Shown here in pieces: positions 9,808-20,309 of a DNA stretch of 38,955 nt. The stretch lies in the NCBI GenBank assembly GCA_023480605.1, contig JAMCWS010000349.1, positions 6,132-45,086 on the forward strand. The letters run 5' to 3'. Position 1 is the first letter of the stretch; each line of letters opens with the position of its first letter. The stretch comes from a bacterium (lineage in GTDB: Bacteria > Sumerlaeota > Sumerlaeia > MVZB01). Position numbers and translations under genes: made by a program. The notes beneath the pieces are model-generated. The model made no database searches, was not told the DNA's origin, and worked only from the letters and a program-made list of their open reading frames with translations.

Positions 9808-11010
9808 ATGGCATCTCGCGAACCCACAGTTTATCTCGCGCACGAGCGACCCCCATCGAGTCCGGACACAACCACGCGTTCTCGGCGTCAATTCCTGGCC
9901 CAAGCCGCTGCGGCGGCCACGCTGACCATCGTCCCACGCCACGCGCTTGGCGGTCCGGGCCAAGTCGCGCCCATTGAGAAAACCGCCCTGGCGGCCATCG
10001 GCAACGGAGGCCAAGAAACCCAGGACATCCAGGATCCAATCGTCGGACGGACACAAACATGTGAACGCGAAAGGAATGCATTCATGAAGGATCAGGCGAA
10101 AATCACCCTCGTCCAACTGACCTATGACGAGAAGAAAACGGAAAAGAACGCCGATTCGGTCATCGACCGTATGCCGGCCTTCTTCCAGCAAGCGGCCGAC
10201 AACGGCTCGGATCTGATCGTCTTTCCGGAGTACGTCCTCGGCCAACGTATCACGGTTGGGCACGAGCGTGTCCAGCGTTTTTTCGCCCTGGCCCGCCGCC
10301 ACAATATGTACGCCATTGCCGGTATGGTCGAGACCCACAATGAGCGTTGGTCGACCACGGCCCTGATGGTCGATCGCGCGGGTAACCTGCTGGGTCGCTA
10401 TTACAAAACCCACCCCGCCTCAGGACCGGCGCCCCACTGGTGGCCGCCGCGCGAAGGCAACGATTCCGAGGCGCGTGGTTGGCTCGGTAACCAGTTCAAG
10501 GTGTTCCACCTCGACTTCGGCCCCATCGGCATCCTGGAGTGCTACGACGGCTATTTCCCCGAGGCATGGGGATGCACATCGTTCTCCGGCGCCGAGATAA
10601 TTCTCTGGATCAACGGCCGCAACGGATTCATCGAGGATTCTCACTGCATCTTCGCCGCGAAGGCGTACGGTTGCGTCGTCGGCGCGAACATCACCAATGG
10701 GCGAAACACGGGATTCGCGGCGCCCAACGGCGCACCATCGCCGATCCTCATCGCCGAAGGACCACACGCACAAGGAGGCGAAGAGATGCGCCTTTACCCG
10801 CGCATCAAGGAGCCCGGAGACGCCTGCGTCCATGCCACGATCGACCTGGCCCGCCTCCGCCACCACCGCAAGCATCTGCGCACAATGCACCAGCGCCGTC
10901 CCGAGCTTTATGGTCTTTTGACCCAGGAAGTCAAAATGTGGCAGGATTACCCCGACATCCCTTGGGACTGGCCCGAATGCGAAGCGATGGTCAACCGCTC
11001 ACAATTGTAG
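9808..11010 (+). CDS. Carbon-nitrogen hydrolase (nitrilase superfamily) with an N-terminal Tat-signal/Rossmann remnant; the alternative start at 10084 would give the bare hydrolase
   Basis: Catalytic-triad context: DLIVFPEY (Glu), YYKTHP (Lys), ILECYDGYFPE (Cys). GGAGG lies 8 nt before ATG 9808 and GAAAGGAA before ATG 10084. Residues encoded by 9856-10041 resemble the N-terminus of the oxidoreductase at 14995-16443. Confidence 0.75.
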   Translation: MASREPTVYLAHERPPSSPDTTTRSRRQFLAQAAAAATLTIVPRHALGGPGQVAPIEKTALAAIGNGGQETQDIQDPIVGRTQTCERERNAFMKDQAKITLVQLTYDEKKTEKNADSVIDRMPAFFQQAADNGSDLIVFPEYVLGQRITVGHERVQRFFALARRHNMYAIAGMVETHNERWSTTALMVDRAGNLLGRYYKTHPASGPAPHWWPPREGNDSEARGWLGNQFKVFHLDFGPIGILECYDGYFPEAWGCTSFSGAEIILWINGRNGFIEDSHCIFAAKAYGCVVGANITNGRNTGFAAPNGAPSPILIAEGPHAQGGEEMRLYPRIKEPGDACVHATIDLARLRHHRKHLRTMHQRRPELYGLLTQEVKMWQDYPDIPWDWPECEAMVNRSQL

Positions 11011-11256
11011 TGAGTGCGAATAAAATGCTATGGCTGCGCAAATAACTCCACCTCATACACGATATGGCGTTTGGGGGTGGATTTCCCGCTGATGGCGACG
11101 GTTGAGCAGCGCGGGGCCGACTCCCCGATGCGGCGGCCGGCGCGGCGGTCAATGCGGTGACTTGCGCGGGGCTTTCATCACGGAATCAACCTTGCGACGG
11201 ACCGTGACCTGGCATAACATGCCGCTTGTTTCCAGCGCCGGGAAAGCGATTTATCC

Positions 11257-14200
11257 ATGCTGTCACGACGTGTATTCATCAAGTCAACCGGACTCATCGC
11301 GGGGATGCCGATCCTGATGAACGCCTGCCCCCTGCGTCGGACATCGCCTCTGAAAGGTTATCGGATGACCATGCAGACTCAAATCTCGCATTTGCGTTGC
11401 GAGTATCTCGTCAACCCTTTGGGGATCGACACGGATCGGCCGCGATTTTCGTGGGAGATCGACGATTCACGCCGGGGCGTGCGCCAGACCGCGTTCCGCA
11501 TCCTGGTCGCGTCGAGTGCGGGCGCGTTGGCCGGCGATGGGGGTGATCGCTGGGACAGCGGGCGCGTGAATTCCGACGAAACCCTTCATATCGAATACGA
11601 CGGGAAGCCGCTTGCCTCCGGCGAGGCTTGCTACTGGAAGGTTCGGGTGTGGTCGACGGCGCTGGACGCGCGCGCGCGCGGCCCGGAAACGGTAAGCGCC
11701 TGGAGCGAGCCGGCGCGGTTTTCAATCGGCCTGCTGCGCGATACGGACTGGAAGGCACAGTGGATCACCGCTCCCGAGTTCATTCCGGACAGTCCGATTC
11801 ACATCGGCTACATGTCGAAAGCGACGGATGATCCGAACGAGCCGAAATGGGTTCAGATCGACCTGGGGGAATCGATGCGGTTCGATGGGATCATGCTTCA
11901 CCCCGCGTGCGGAAGACGCGGGGTGCATCCGCCCGGCGGCGAAATCCCGCCGGGCGACGGATTCCCGTTGCGGTTTTTAATCGAGGCGTCCGACCGTGAG
12001 GACATGCATGGGAGCCGCGTGATTGTCGATCGCTCGACGGAAGACGTCTCCAATCCCGGCAAAGAGTCATATACGGTGCGGTTTGCGGAAACGAGCGGCC
12101 GGCACATCCGCCTGACGGCTCTGAAGCATGGCGAGTTCCCCTTCGCCGGCAAGAGTTACCTCCTGAAACTGGCGGGAATGGAAGTGCTTGCCGGGAAGAA
12201 AAATTTGGCCAAGGGATGCCGGGCGATCGCCTTCGATACGACCGAGGATTTGACCGCGGGCTACGGGATTTCCCTGTTGACCGCCGGGAAGACCGGCTAT
12301 GACGGAGGGAGCCGCCGCCGGTTGCGGCCGGCACCCTTGCTGCGCGGCGAGTTTGAATGCCGCAAACCGGTGCGACGGGCCATGGCCTACGCCACCGCCC
12401 TGGGTAATTACGAGCTGCGGATCAACGGGTCACGCGTCGGCGATCCGCACCTGGCGCCCGGTTACGAGCAATACGACAGGCGGGTCGCTGTTCAGGCGTA
12501 TGATGTCACCGGCCTTTTGCGAACGGGTCGCAACGCCGCCGGCGCCGTGCTGGCCGACGGTTGGTACCGCTCCCGCTATCGGTTGGACGGCTGGGATCAA
12601 TTCCGGGATTTCGCGCAGGGACGATTCGGCGACGCCATCCCTCGCTTCCTGTTGCAGATCAACATCGAATACGAGGATGACGCCCGCGACACCGTGGGCA
12701 CGGACGAAATGTGGACCTGTTCGTTCGATGGTCCTTATCGGCGGACCAGCATGTACGACGGGATCGCCTACGACGCCCGCAAGGAGGCGGACGGCTGGAG
12801 CGGGCCGGGTTTTCGGGCCGAGGGGTGGACGCCCGCTGTCGTCGCTCCGCCCCCTTGGAGCCCGTACCGATGGCCGCAGACGGCCCACCCGATCGCGCGC
12901 GTGCGGGAATTCAAACCCGTCACCATCCGGCAGACGGCGCGCGGAACGCTGGTCTGCGATTTCGGCCAGGGTGTGGGGGGAATGTGCCGGGTGACGCTCG
13001 ACGGTCCGGCCGGTATGACCGTGAAACTGCATCACGCGATGGCGCTCAACCCCGATGGAACGCTGTACACGGGCAGCCTGTGGGGTGCGCGGGGCAACGC
13101 GGACGCATACACGCTCAAAGGCCGGGGACCGCAAACGTTCGAAGCGTCCTTCACGTTCCACGGCTTTCGGTTCGTGGAGATCAGCGGCCTGGGGACGGCC
13201 GGGAACCTGATCGATATCGCCGCCGTCATGATCGCGAACGACTGCCCTGTGACGGCGGATCTTGAGACTTCGGACGCGCGGCTGAACAAGCTTTGGACCG
13301 CCATTCTCATGACTTACCTATCCTGCATGAAAGGGGCGTTGGTCGATGTCGCCGACCGCGACGAGCGTTGGGGTTGGATGGGCGATTGCGGCACCACCCA
13401 TACGCAAAGCCTGGCCTATTTCTTCGACATGGCCGCCTATTACCGCAAACGATGCCTCGACCTGATGGATGACCAATCGAGGGACGGTTACTTTCCGCCG
13501 CAGTCGCCGGCGATGGAAGCCGGCGGGCGATCGGCCGTCTGGTCGGACGCGGCGCTGACCATGGCCTGGAGCACCTGGCTGAACCACGCCGACCGGCGAT
13601 TGCTTCGGGAGATCTATCCGGCGATTCAAAGATATGTCCGCCGGCTCAAAACGAATTATGAGTCCGGTTTGCCGCTCTGGCCTGGTCATTTCGGCGACTG
13701 GCTGTCTTCGAGCATGACCATCCGTCCGGGAGCCAAGGATTGGCAGGAGAAGGGACCCGCCCAGCTTACCGCAGACATGCTGCAGAAACTCAGCCTCATC
13801 CGCGCGGCGCGGTTGCTGGGGCAAATCGCCGGCGTCTTGGGCGATGGGCGGGAAAGCGCCGCCATGGAGGCCTTCGCGGCCCGGGTGCGACGCGACCCCA
13901 CGATCCTTCGCCTGGAAAGTCCGCAACTCGTGCAGGGGGCCCAGACTGCCTATGCGCTGGCCCTGGGCTGGGGCATCGCCGATCCCGGCCAGGCTTCGCT
14001 TCTGTTTGAGAATCTCCTGCGGGCGATCGATGATTATGAGGGCAATCTAACCACTGGAACCATATCCACCACGACGCTGTTGAACGTGCTTTCAGACAAT
14101 GGCCGGCACCCGTTGGCCTATGATCTGGCGCTGAAACCCGCATTCCCGTCGTTCGGTTATATGATTGAGCAAGGGGCGACGGTGATATGGGAGCGATTCG

Positions 14201-14637
14201 ATTCCTATATCCCGGGCATGGGCTACAATCCGGATCCCATGAACGGTTTGAACCATATGGGTTTTTGCTCGGTGGCCGAATGGATATACCAAACCGCGAG
14301 CGGCATCCGTCCCGACCCCGCCTATCCCGCTTACAGGCGCATCCTCATCGCCCCCCGGTTTGACGGCCCGGTTGCAGGAGCAAGCGCCGTTTACCGCTCG
14401 GTTCGCGGACTGATCGCCAGTCAATGGCGTCGGGAAAACGGCAAGCTCTCGATCGAGGTGTCCGTGCCGCCCAACACCACGGCTCTTGTCCGTCTGCCGG
14501 CGGCCGAGCCTGATAAGGTTACCGAAAACGGCGCGCCGGCTGGCGAGTCCCCCGGTGTGGAGCTCATGGAATTTGAACAGGGATCTGCCGCATACAAGGT
14601 GCAATCAGGACGTTATATGTTTCAGTCCTTTGTATAA
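11257..14637 (+). CDS. Alpha-L-rhamnosidase (GH78) with an inserted F5/8 type C (discoidin)-like domain
   Basis: 1126 aa. LRCEYLVNPLGIDTDRPRFSWEI..RQTAFRILVASS..GEACYWKVRVW is the classic GH78 N-terminal domain. KWVQIDLGESMRFDGIMLHP...GRHIRLTALKH is discoidin-like. The N-terminus MLSRRVFIKSTGLIAG is Tat/lipoprotein-signal-like. Confidence 0.85.
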   Translation: MLSRRVFIKSTGLIAGMPILMNACPLRRTSPLKGYRMTMQTQISHLRCEYLVNPLGIDTDRPRFSWEIDDSRRGVRQTAFRILVASSAGALAGDGGDRWDSGRVNSDETLHIEYDGKPLASGEACYWKVRVWSTALDARARGPETVSAWSEPARFSIGLLRDTDWKAQWITAPEFIPDSPIHIGYMSKATDDPNEPKWVQIDLGESMRFDGIMLHPACGRRGVHPPGGEIPPGDGFPLRFLIEASDREDMHGSRVIVDRSTEDVSNPGKESYTVRFAETSGRHIRLTALKHGEFPFAGKSYLLKLAGMEVLAGKKNLAKGCRAIAFDTTEDLTAGYGISLLTAGKTGYDGGSRRRLRPAPLLRGEFECRKPVRRAMAYATALGNYELRINGSRVGDPHLAPGYEQYDRRVAVQAYDVTGLLRTGRNAAGAVLADGWYRSRYRLDGWDQFRDFAQGRFGDAIPRFLLQINIEYEDDARDTVGTDEMWTCSFDGPYRRTSMYDGIAYDARKEADGWSGPGFRAEGWTPAVVAPPPWSPYRWPQTAHPIARVREFKPVTIRQTARGTLVCDFGQGVGGMCRVTLDGPAGMTVKLHHAMALNPDGTLYTGSLWGARGNADAYTLKGRGPQTFEASFTFHGFRFVEISGLGTAGNLIDIAAVMIANDCPVTADLETSDARLNKLWTAILMTYLSCMKGALVDVADRDERWGWMGDCGTTHTQSLAYFFDMAAYYRKRCLDLMDDQSRDGYFPPQSPAMEAGGRSAVWSDAALTMAWSTWLNHADRRLLREIYPAIQRYVRRLKTNYESGLPLWPGHFGDWLSSSMTIRPGAKDWQEKGPAQLTADMLQKLSLIRAARLLGQIAGVLGDGRESAAMEAFAARVRRDPTILRLESPQLVQGAQTAYALALGWGIADPGQASLLFENLLRAIDDYEGNLTTGTISTTTLLNVLSDNGRHPLAYDLALKPAFPSFGYMIEQGATVIWERFDSYIPGMGYNPDPMNGLNHMGFCSVAEWIYQTASGIRPDPAYPAYRRILIAPRFDGPVAGASAVYRSVRGLIASQWRRENGKLSIEVSVPPNTTALVRLPAAEPDKVTENGAPAGESPGVELMEFEQGSAAYKVQSGRYMFQSFV

Positions 14638-14994
14638 AAACCAGAGAATGGCCAACCGATTCGAGGCGGTGCTCCCATAGCTGCGGATCGAAAAACGCTG
14701 GGAGATAAAACGGGTATTTTTATCGACGCCAAAATCGTTGCGCCCAGGTGCGCGATCGATGTCGGCCGCCATCGCGGCAGCGGGGACCGCCCGCGTTGCG
14801 ATTGGTCTGACGGTCGTGCTATGCGAGCTGAGTCCCAGGCGCTTCGAGTCGTGGTTCGTTATCCTCCCGCCTTCCGGACCGCTTTCGGAAAACACGCCGG
14901 CGGCAAAAGCGGCCTGGTATCACGAATTGTGCTTGAGCTGGCAGGGCGCAATCGTAATTCAGGCTACTCGCCATGTCTTCATCGATCGCGGTCG

Positions 14995-16443
14995 TCACAG
15001 CGACCAGCCGTCGCGATACTCGCGACGCAGTAATTTATTCGCGGCCTCGTCGTTGGTGACGCGCATCCCAGGGCCGTCCCAGAGCAGTTTCTTTTGCGAG
15101 CGCACGGCCACGTTGCCCAGCATGCACACCTCGGAAAGCAAGCCGGAGTGATCCGCGAAATTCGAGCCGGCAGGGGCGCCGCCGCGGCAGGCGTCGACAA
15201 ATTCCTTGTAGTGTCCGGGCGACCGGGGCAGAACTTTGGGCGGCCGACCATAATTTTTCATCTTCGACTCGGGGATGAGCCGATAGCCCATCATCGTTCC
15301 CTTGTCGCCAATGTAGATCGTGTCTCCCATGTCGCGGTTGGGTTCCAGGTCGGCCGGACGCGGGGGCTTGAGTCCGCCGTCGTACCAGCAGAGGGTGAGC
15401 GGCGGCATGTCGCCGCGGGCTGGAAATTCGAAACGGGCCATGACACCCAGTGGATAGGTCTCCGGATTGATCTTGGTCGAGCTGGCCTCGACGCTGACGG
15501 GATGGCCGAGGTTAAGGGCCTTAAATACGGTGGATAATTTATGACAACCGAGGTCGCCGAGCAGGCCGGTGCCGAAATCCCACCAGTTGCGCCAGACCCA
15601 GGGGCAATAGGCCTTGTTGTAAGGGCGGAAGGGCGCCGGGCCAAGCCAAAGATCCCAGTCCAGGCCGTCGGGGATGGGTTGCTCGGGGGGGCGGGTCTCA
15701 TAGGCGACGAAATTCCAGAAGCGGGCGAGATACCAGACATGAACCTCGCGGACATGGCCGATCGCGCCATCGGCAATCATCTCGATGGCGATGCGGGCCT
15801 CCTCGGCGGCCTGACCCTGGTTTCCGAGTTGGGTGGCGACGCCCGCGTTTCGTGCGGTCTCCGTTACTTGTCGGGCTTCGGCGACGGTATAGGTCAAAGG
15901 CTTCTCACAAAAAACGTGTTTGCCGCGCTTAAGGGCGTCCATCGTGATTACGGCGTGGGTGTGGTCGGGCGTGGCGATGAGCACCGCGTCGGCGTCCTCC
16001 TTGTCCAGAAGTTCGCGGTAATCCGCGTAGGCGCGGCAACCTCGGTATTTTCCTGATGTCTGCTGATTGGCATAGTATTCATCCACCAGGCGACGGGCCG
16101 GCTCGCGGCCGCAGGAGCGCACCTCGCGGCCCAGGGCCCAGTTCGCCGAGAGATACCCGCCTCCCTCCCGATTGACATCACAGACGGCAACGACCTGGAT
16201 CTCGGGATATTGCATGAGAGACTGTATATCCTGGATACCCTGGCCACCGGTGCCGATGACCGCCAAGGTGGTTTTTTCACTCGGTTCGACGTAGCCCGGC
16301 CCACCCAATACATGACGCGGGACGATGGCCAGCGTAGCCGCCGCGGCGGCATGGGCCAGCAACTTGCGCCGCGAGAGCACGGGTGTGTCCGGGAGAGATG
16401 CCGCTCCGGGCGCGAAATTATCGGCGCTTTCGTGAAATGTCAT
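14995..16443 (-). CDS. Tat-signal Gfo/Idh/MocA family oxidoreductase (GH109-like architecture)
   Basis: 482 aa with the twin-arginine string LSRRKLLAHAAAAATLAIVPR, then LAVIGTGGQGIQD (Rossmann) and HVFCEKP. GGGAGG lies 8 nt upstream of the ATG. Confidence 0.85.
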   Translation of the reverse strand: MTFHESADNFAPGAASLPDTPVLSRRKLLAHAAAAATLAIVPRHVLGGPGYVEPSEKTTLAVIGTGGQGIQDIQSLMQYPEIQVVAVCDVNREGGGYLSANWALGREVRSCGREPARRLVDEYYANQQTSGKYRGCRAYADYRELLDKEDADAVLIATPDHTHAVITMDALKRGKHVFCEKPLTYTVAEARQVTETARNAGVATQLGNQGQAAEEARIAIEMIADGAIGHVREVHVWYLARFWNFVAYETRPPEQPIPDGLDWDLWLGPAPFRPYNKAYCPWVWRNWWDFGTGLLGDLGCHKLSTVFKALNLGHPVSVEASSTKINPETYPLGVMARFEFPARGDMPPLTLCWYDGGLKPPRPADLEPNRDMGDTIYIGDKGTMMGYRLIPESKMKNYGRPPKVLPRSPGHYKEFVDACRGGAPAGSNFADHSGLLSEVCMLGNVAVRSQKKLLWDGPGMRVTNDEAANKLLRREYRDGWSL

Positions 16444-16750
16444 GGATATCGCCTCCCATTATTTAACGATGCGCGGGATTATACATAACCCGCTGCGGGC
16501 GATACAGGACATTAAAGGGCGGGCCGCTCATCGCGATATCCGGATGGAACCGCGCGCCACCACCATGGATCGATAGGCCGTGGTCATTGCGCCCCAGCGC
16601 GCCCAACACCGCTTGCCGATGGCTATCGCCGCTGTGACGGCAAACAAAATGGCGGCTGCGATACGCCGTCATGTCATCGTGGGTATTTCGCTGGGATTTC
16701 AAAGACGACCAAGTCGTGCGGCGGGTTTCGCCGCTCGCGGTGAGTCATGC

Positions 16751-17281
16751 TCAAGACTTGGCCTTCGTCCCCTTGGTTTTCCGTCCGGCGGGCGTGGGCG
16801 CTTTGACGTTGGGGTCGTAAGCCGGGTTGCGCCTGGGCAGCAACCCTCCGGTGTTCTTTAGGTGGCCGTCGATCAGGGCGTCGAGTTCACGCACCATTTC
16901 CGAATTTTCGCCGGCCAGGTTCCGGGTTTCGCCGATGTCATCGCCCAGGTTATACAACTCATGGTAATTTCCCCCCTCGTCGGCGTCACGGTAGAACCGG
17001 ATCGTTTTCCAATCGCCGCGCCGCACCCGGGTGGCGGGGCCTTTCGCCTCCTCGCCATTCTGGATCCACTGGTTATGCGGAAAGTGACAGAAGAGCATTT
17101 CGCGGTTCAACGGTTGCCCATCAAGCGCCGGCGCGATGCTGATGCCGTCGAAGCGCAATCCCTTATCCTCCCGGCCCGTCCGGCAGCCATGACCGTAGTC
17201 GCCGGCCACGGGGGAACGCCGCAACTCCGACAGCAAATCGCCCGCCGCCCCGGTCTTTCGATCAACACCCTCAAGACTCAA
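16751..17281 (-). pseudogene. C-terminal remnant of an arylsulfatase-type sulfatase (the catalytic N-terminal domain is absent)
   Basis: ..DGISIAPALDGQPLNREMLFCHFPH..DWKTIRFY..YHELYNLGDDIGETRNLAGENSEMVRELDALIDGHL matches sulfatase C-terminal consensus strings. Only about 190 bp lie upstream before the next gene, and they show no sulfatase N-terminal motif in any frame I read. Confidence 0.6.
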
Positions 17282-17471
17282 CCGGCCCGTGATGGCGGAT
17301 CTCTTGTTGAAGCGTCAATTAATGGCGAACGGCCGTCGGATCCTGTTTTTGGCAAACAGCAGGTGAATGGGCAAAATCGCGATCCGGCTCCTGTCGCAAC
17401 TACGTGGGTGCGCAATAGCCCCGGACATGGTAGATTAAGGGCCGTGTTTATCGCTCAACACCCCGTCACAT

Positions 17472-20309
17472 ATGCCAACTGGTAATGTCTGCATGATTTT
17501 TAGAATCCTTACGGCGATGTTTCTCTCAGGTCGGCCCATGGGCCTTATCCTTGCCGCGATGATGCTGCTGACGGCTCGATCAGGCCACGGCGAGGCTACG
17601 GGCGGCCGGCCGGATTCGCCCCGCGTCAACCTCCTGGACGCGGCCGGAGCCGGCGTGTGGACGATCCAGAGACTCGACGCCACCAGCACGATGACGCTGG
17701 GCACGATCGACGGCGCGGGACGTCTGCCAGGCGGCGGCGGCTTAATTGCGCTGACCGCCCGTTTGCCTGTTGTCGGCCGCATATTGGCCGACCGCCAGGT
17801 GGCGGTCCACCCACGTCCCGGCGAGATTTATCGTTTTTCGGCCCTCGTCACCACGCGTGGCTTGCGCGATTCCCATGGCGATTCCCGTCCCAATCCCTAT
17901 CGCCTCAACCTTGGCCTTTCGGGCTGCTGCCTGGCGTTCAGCCAACTCGATGGCCGGGGACGGCCGCTGAGCGAAGTCGCTTCGCGCGTTGTGTTGGGCG
18001 TAAACGATGACGCGCCGCTGGCGCTCGAGACCGTGATCCAACCCGGCGCCGAGGTGCTCGCCGTGCAATGCCGGATGATCGGCGTGGCTGGCGAGGCGCG
18101 TTTTTCAGCTCCCGTGGTCGAGTGCCTGGCGCCGGCTGGCCTGTCCCCGCTGCCCGACGCGCGTATCGTCACCGGCACGATGGGCGCGCCCTTCCTGCAA
18201 GTCGACGGCCGGTCGATCCCCTGGTATGTCTATTTCGGCAACAATCAATTCGGCAAAGACGACGTCATCCTGGACGAAATGAAAAAGGCGGTCGGCGCCG
18301 GCGTGCGTATCGTCTCGTTCAACTTGCATCTACCCTGCACCGCCTCCAACGACGCCATCCTCGCGACGATCGGGCGTTTCCTGGATCCCCACCCCGGCGT
18401 CTATTTTTTACCGCGGGTCTGGGTGGGGCCGTATCCGGGCTGGCTCGAAAGCCGTCCGGGAGAAAAGGTGAGATACGCCGACGGCGCCACGACCCGATTC
18501 GCCTCGCCGGCGTCGGCCGCCTGGCGCGACTGTGCCGCCGCCAACCTTGAGGAATTGATCCGCCTTATCCGTCGCTCGCCTTACGCCGGACGCCTGATCG
18601 GCCTGATCCCCACCTACTACCAGACCGGCGAATGGATCGTCTGGGGGCCGGACCGGGCCGCCGGCTTCGAGACGCCCGTCCGCGGCGCCTTCGAGACCTG
18701 GCTGCGTCAACGTTATGGTTCGGTCGATCGCCTCGGCGCGGCATGGGGGCGCCCGATCGGCCGATTTCAGGACGCCGCCGTACCCGGACCCGAGGCGCGT
18801 GACGCCGCCCCGCTCGGATCGTTCCGCGATCCGATCGCCCAGCGCCCGGCCATCGATTTCGCGCGCTTTTACGGCCGGCTCGTACCGGGCCTGCTCGATC
18901 GCTTCGGCGCGGCGGTCCGGCGGGCGGGCGACGGCCGCGGCCTGACCGGCGCGTTTTACGGCTATACGTTCGAGATCGCCAATCTCATCCGCTGGCCGCA
19001 GAACTCGGGTCACCTGGGTTTGGACGAGTTTCTCGTCTCGCCAAACCTGGGCTTTTTCGGCAGCCCTTATTCCTACGATCCCGACAGCCGCGCCATCGGC
19101 TTGCCCGTCATGGTCCACGGGCCCAACGACTCCGGCCAACTGCACGCCAGACCGGCCATGATGGAAGAGGACACCTTCACCCACCTGGCCGAAAAACCCG
19201 GACCGGCTGCGATGGCTCCGGGTTATGCGCAACACACCACGGACTTGCCGCAGACGCTGGCCGTCCTCAAGCGCAATCTCGGCTGCGCCATCGCCCACGA
19301 TTACATTCTCACCTGGCAGAACCTTTTCAGCGAAGGTCGCTTCAACCAGCCTGAAATCTGGGACCAATACCGGCCCTACCTGGCCTGGCTGGCCGCGCGC
19401 GAGGGGTGCAAGCCGCCCTACCGCCCTCAGGTCGCCGTGGTGATCGACGAAGATGCCTTCGCCTTGCAACCCGCCGACGGCCGCGCCGTCAACGCGCGGT
19501 GGATCCATGAATTACGATCGGCCCTCGGTCGGCTCGACACGACGCTGGGCTTTTACCTTCAGTCCGACCTCGGCCGCATCCCGGATAGTGTCCGCTGCCT
19601 GATCCTGGTCAATCCCTACGCCATCACACCGGCCCAGCAGGAGGAACTACGCGCGCGTTGGATGAAAGACGGCCGGATGATCGTTTTCGGCTACCTGCCC
19701 AATGTGTTCGGCGACCGCGGCCTCGACGAACACGGAAGCGCCATCACCGGCATGAGACTCGCGCTGCACCGTGAGCCCATCGATATCGAATGCGCCGTCG
19801 AACCGAGGGGTGTGCTCGGGGAGTTCGCCGGGCAGCACTTCAGCAACTCCGCCGACCGCTTCAATCGCCATTGGTTTAAGGACGCTCGCCTGGGGCCGCT
19901 GGCGCCGTGGATGAGCGTCGATGATCCCCAGGCTGAAGTGCTCGCTCGCTACGCGGCCAATGGCCGGGGCGCCTGCGCTCTGGTGCGCATGCCCGGCTGG
20001 ATGTCGGTCTATCTCGGCGCGCCCGGCCTCACGCCGCCGATGTGGCGCCGTCTTCTGCGCGAGGCCGGCTGCCACTTTTTTCTCGACGATTTTTCCACGC
20101 GGTGGGATCACCCCGACGTGATCCAGGCGACCGATGATTTCCTAATGGTGCAAAGCGGCCGCGACGGCCTGCGCACCGTGCGGCTGCCCCGGCCCCGCGC
20201 CCGCGTCGAACGATTCGACGACACGCGTCGCCTGATCGCCCGCAACACGGATCGCTTCCGCGATGAATTCAAGGCCGGGGTGCCGGTGTTCTACGTGTTG
20301 GGCGACTGA
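17472..20309 (+). CDS. Large secreted glycoside-hydrolase-like protein, GH42-like (TIM barrel plus trimerisation-type domain), with an N-terminal extra domain; start uncertain
   Basis: 945 aa with a hydrophobic N-terminus (MGLILAAMMLLTA). ..FETWLRQRYGSVDRLGAAWGRPIGRFQDAAVP.. is the characteristic GH42-type string. ..RCLILVNPYAITPAQQEELRARWMKDGRMIVFGY.. resembles the GATase-like trimerisation domain. By eye only. Confidence 0.5.
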   Translation: MPTGNVCMIFRILTAMFLSGRPMGLILAAMMLLTARSGHGEATGGRPDSPRVNLLDAAGAGVWTIQRLDATSTMTLGTIDGAGRLPGGGGLIALTARLPVVGRILADRQVAVHPRPGEIYRFSALVTTRGLRDSHGDSRPNPYRLNLGLSGCCLAFSQLDGRGRPLSEVASRVVLGVNDDAPLALETVIQPGAEVLAVQCRMIGVAGEARFSAPVVECLAPAGLSPLPDARIVTGTMGAPFLQVDGRSIPWYVYFGNNQFGKDDVILDEMKKAVGAGVRIVSFNLHLPCTASNDAILATIGRFLDPHPGVYFLPRVWVGPYPGWLESRPGEKVRYADGATTRFASPASAAWRDCAAANLEELIRLIRRSPYAGRLIGLIPTYYQTGEWIVWGPDRAAGFETPVRGAFETWLRQRYGSVDRLGAAWGRPIGRFQDAAVPGPEARDAAPLGSFRDPIAQRPAIDFARFYGRLVPGLLDRFGAAVRRAGDGRGLTGAFYGYTFEIANLIRWPQNSGHLGLDEFLVSPNLGFFGSPYSYDPDSRAIGLPVMVHGPNDSGQLHARPAMMEEDTFTHLAEKPGPAAMAPGYAQHTTDLPQTLAVLKRNLGCAIAHDYILTWQNLFSEGRFNQPEIWDQYRPYLAWLAAREGCKPPYRPQVAVVIDEDAFALQPADGRAVNARWIHELRSALGRLDTTLGFYLQSDLGRIPDSVRCLILVNPYAITPAQQEELRARWMKDGRMIVFGYLPNVFGDRGLDEHGSAITGMRLALHREPIDIECAVEPRGVLGEFAGQHFSNSADRFNRHWFKDARLGPLAPWMSVDDPQAEVLARYAANGRGACALVRMPGWMSVYLGAPGLTPPMWRRLLREAGCHFFLDDFSTRWDHPDVIQATDDFLMVQSGRDGLRTVRLPRPRARVERFDDTRRLIARNTDRFRDEFKAGVPVFYVLGD

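Noticed and set aside
11020-11090. A minus-strand reading ..GKSTPKRHIVYEVELFAQP* that vaguely resembles the C-terminal strand of an FKBP-type isomerase.
   Set aside because: It covers about 20 residues only, with no upstream continuation, so it is too short to support.
16463-16702. A 79-aa minus-strand ORF between the sulfatase remnant and the Tat-oxidoreductase gene.
   Set aside because: It has no motif I can place and no RBS. It may be more debris from the rearrangement that truncated the sulfatase.
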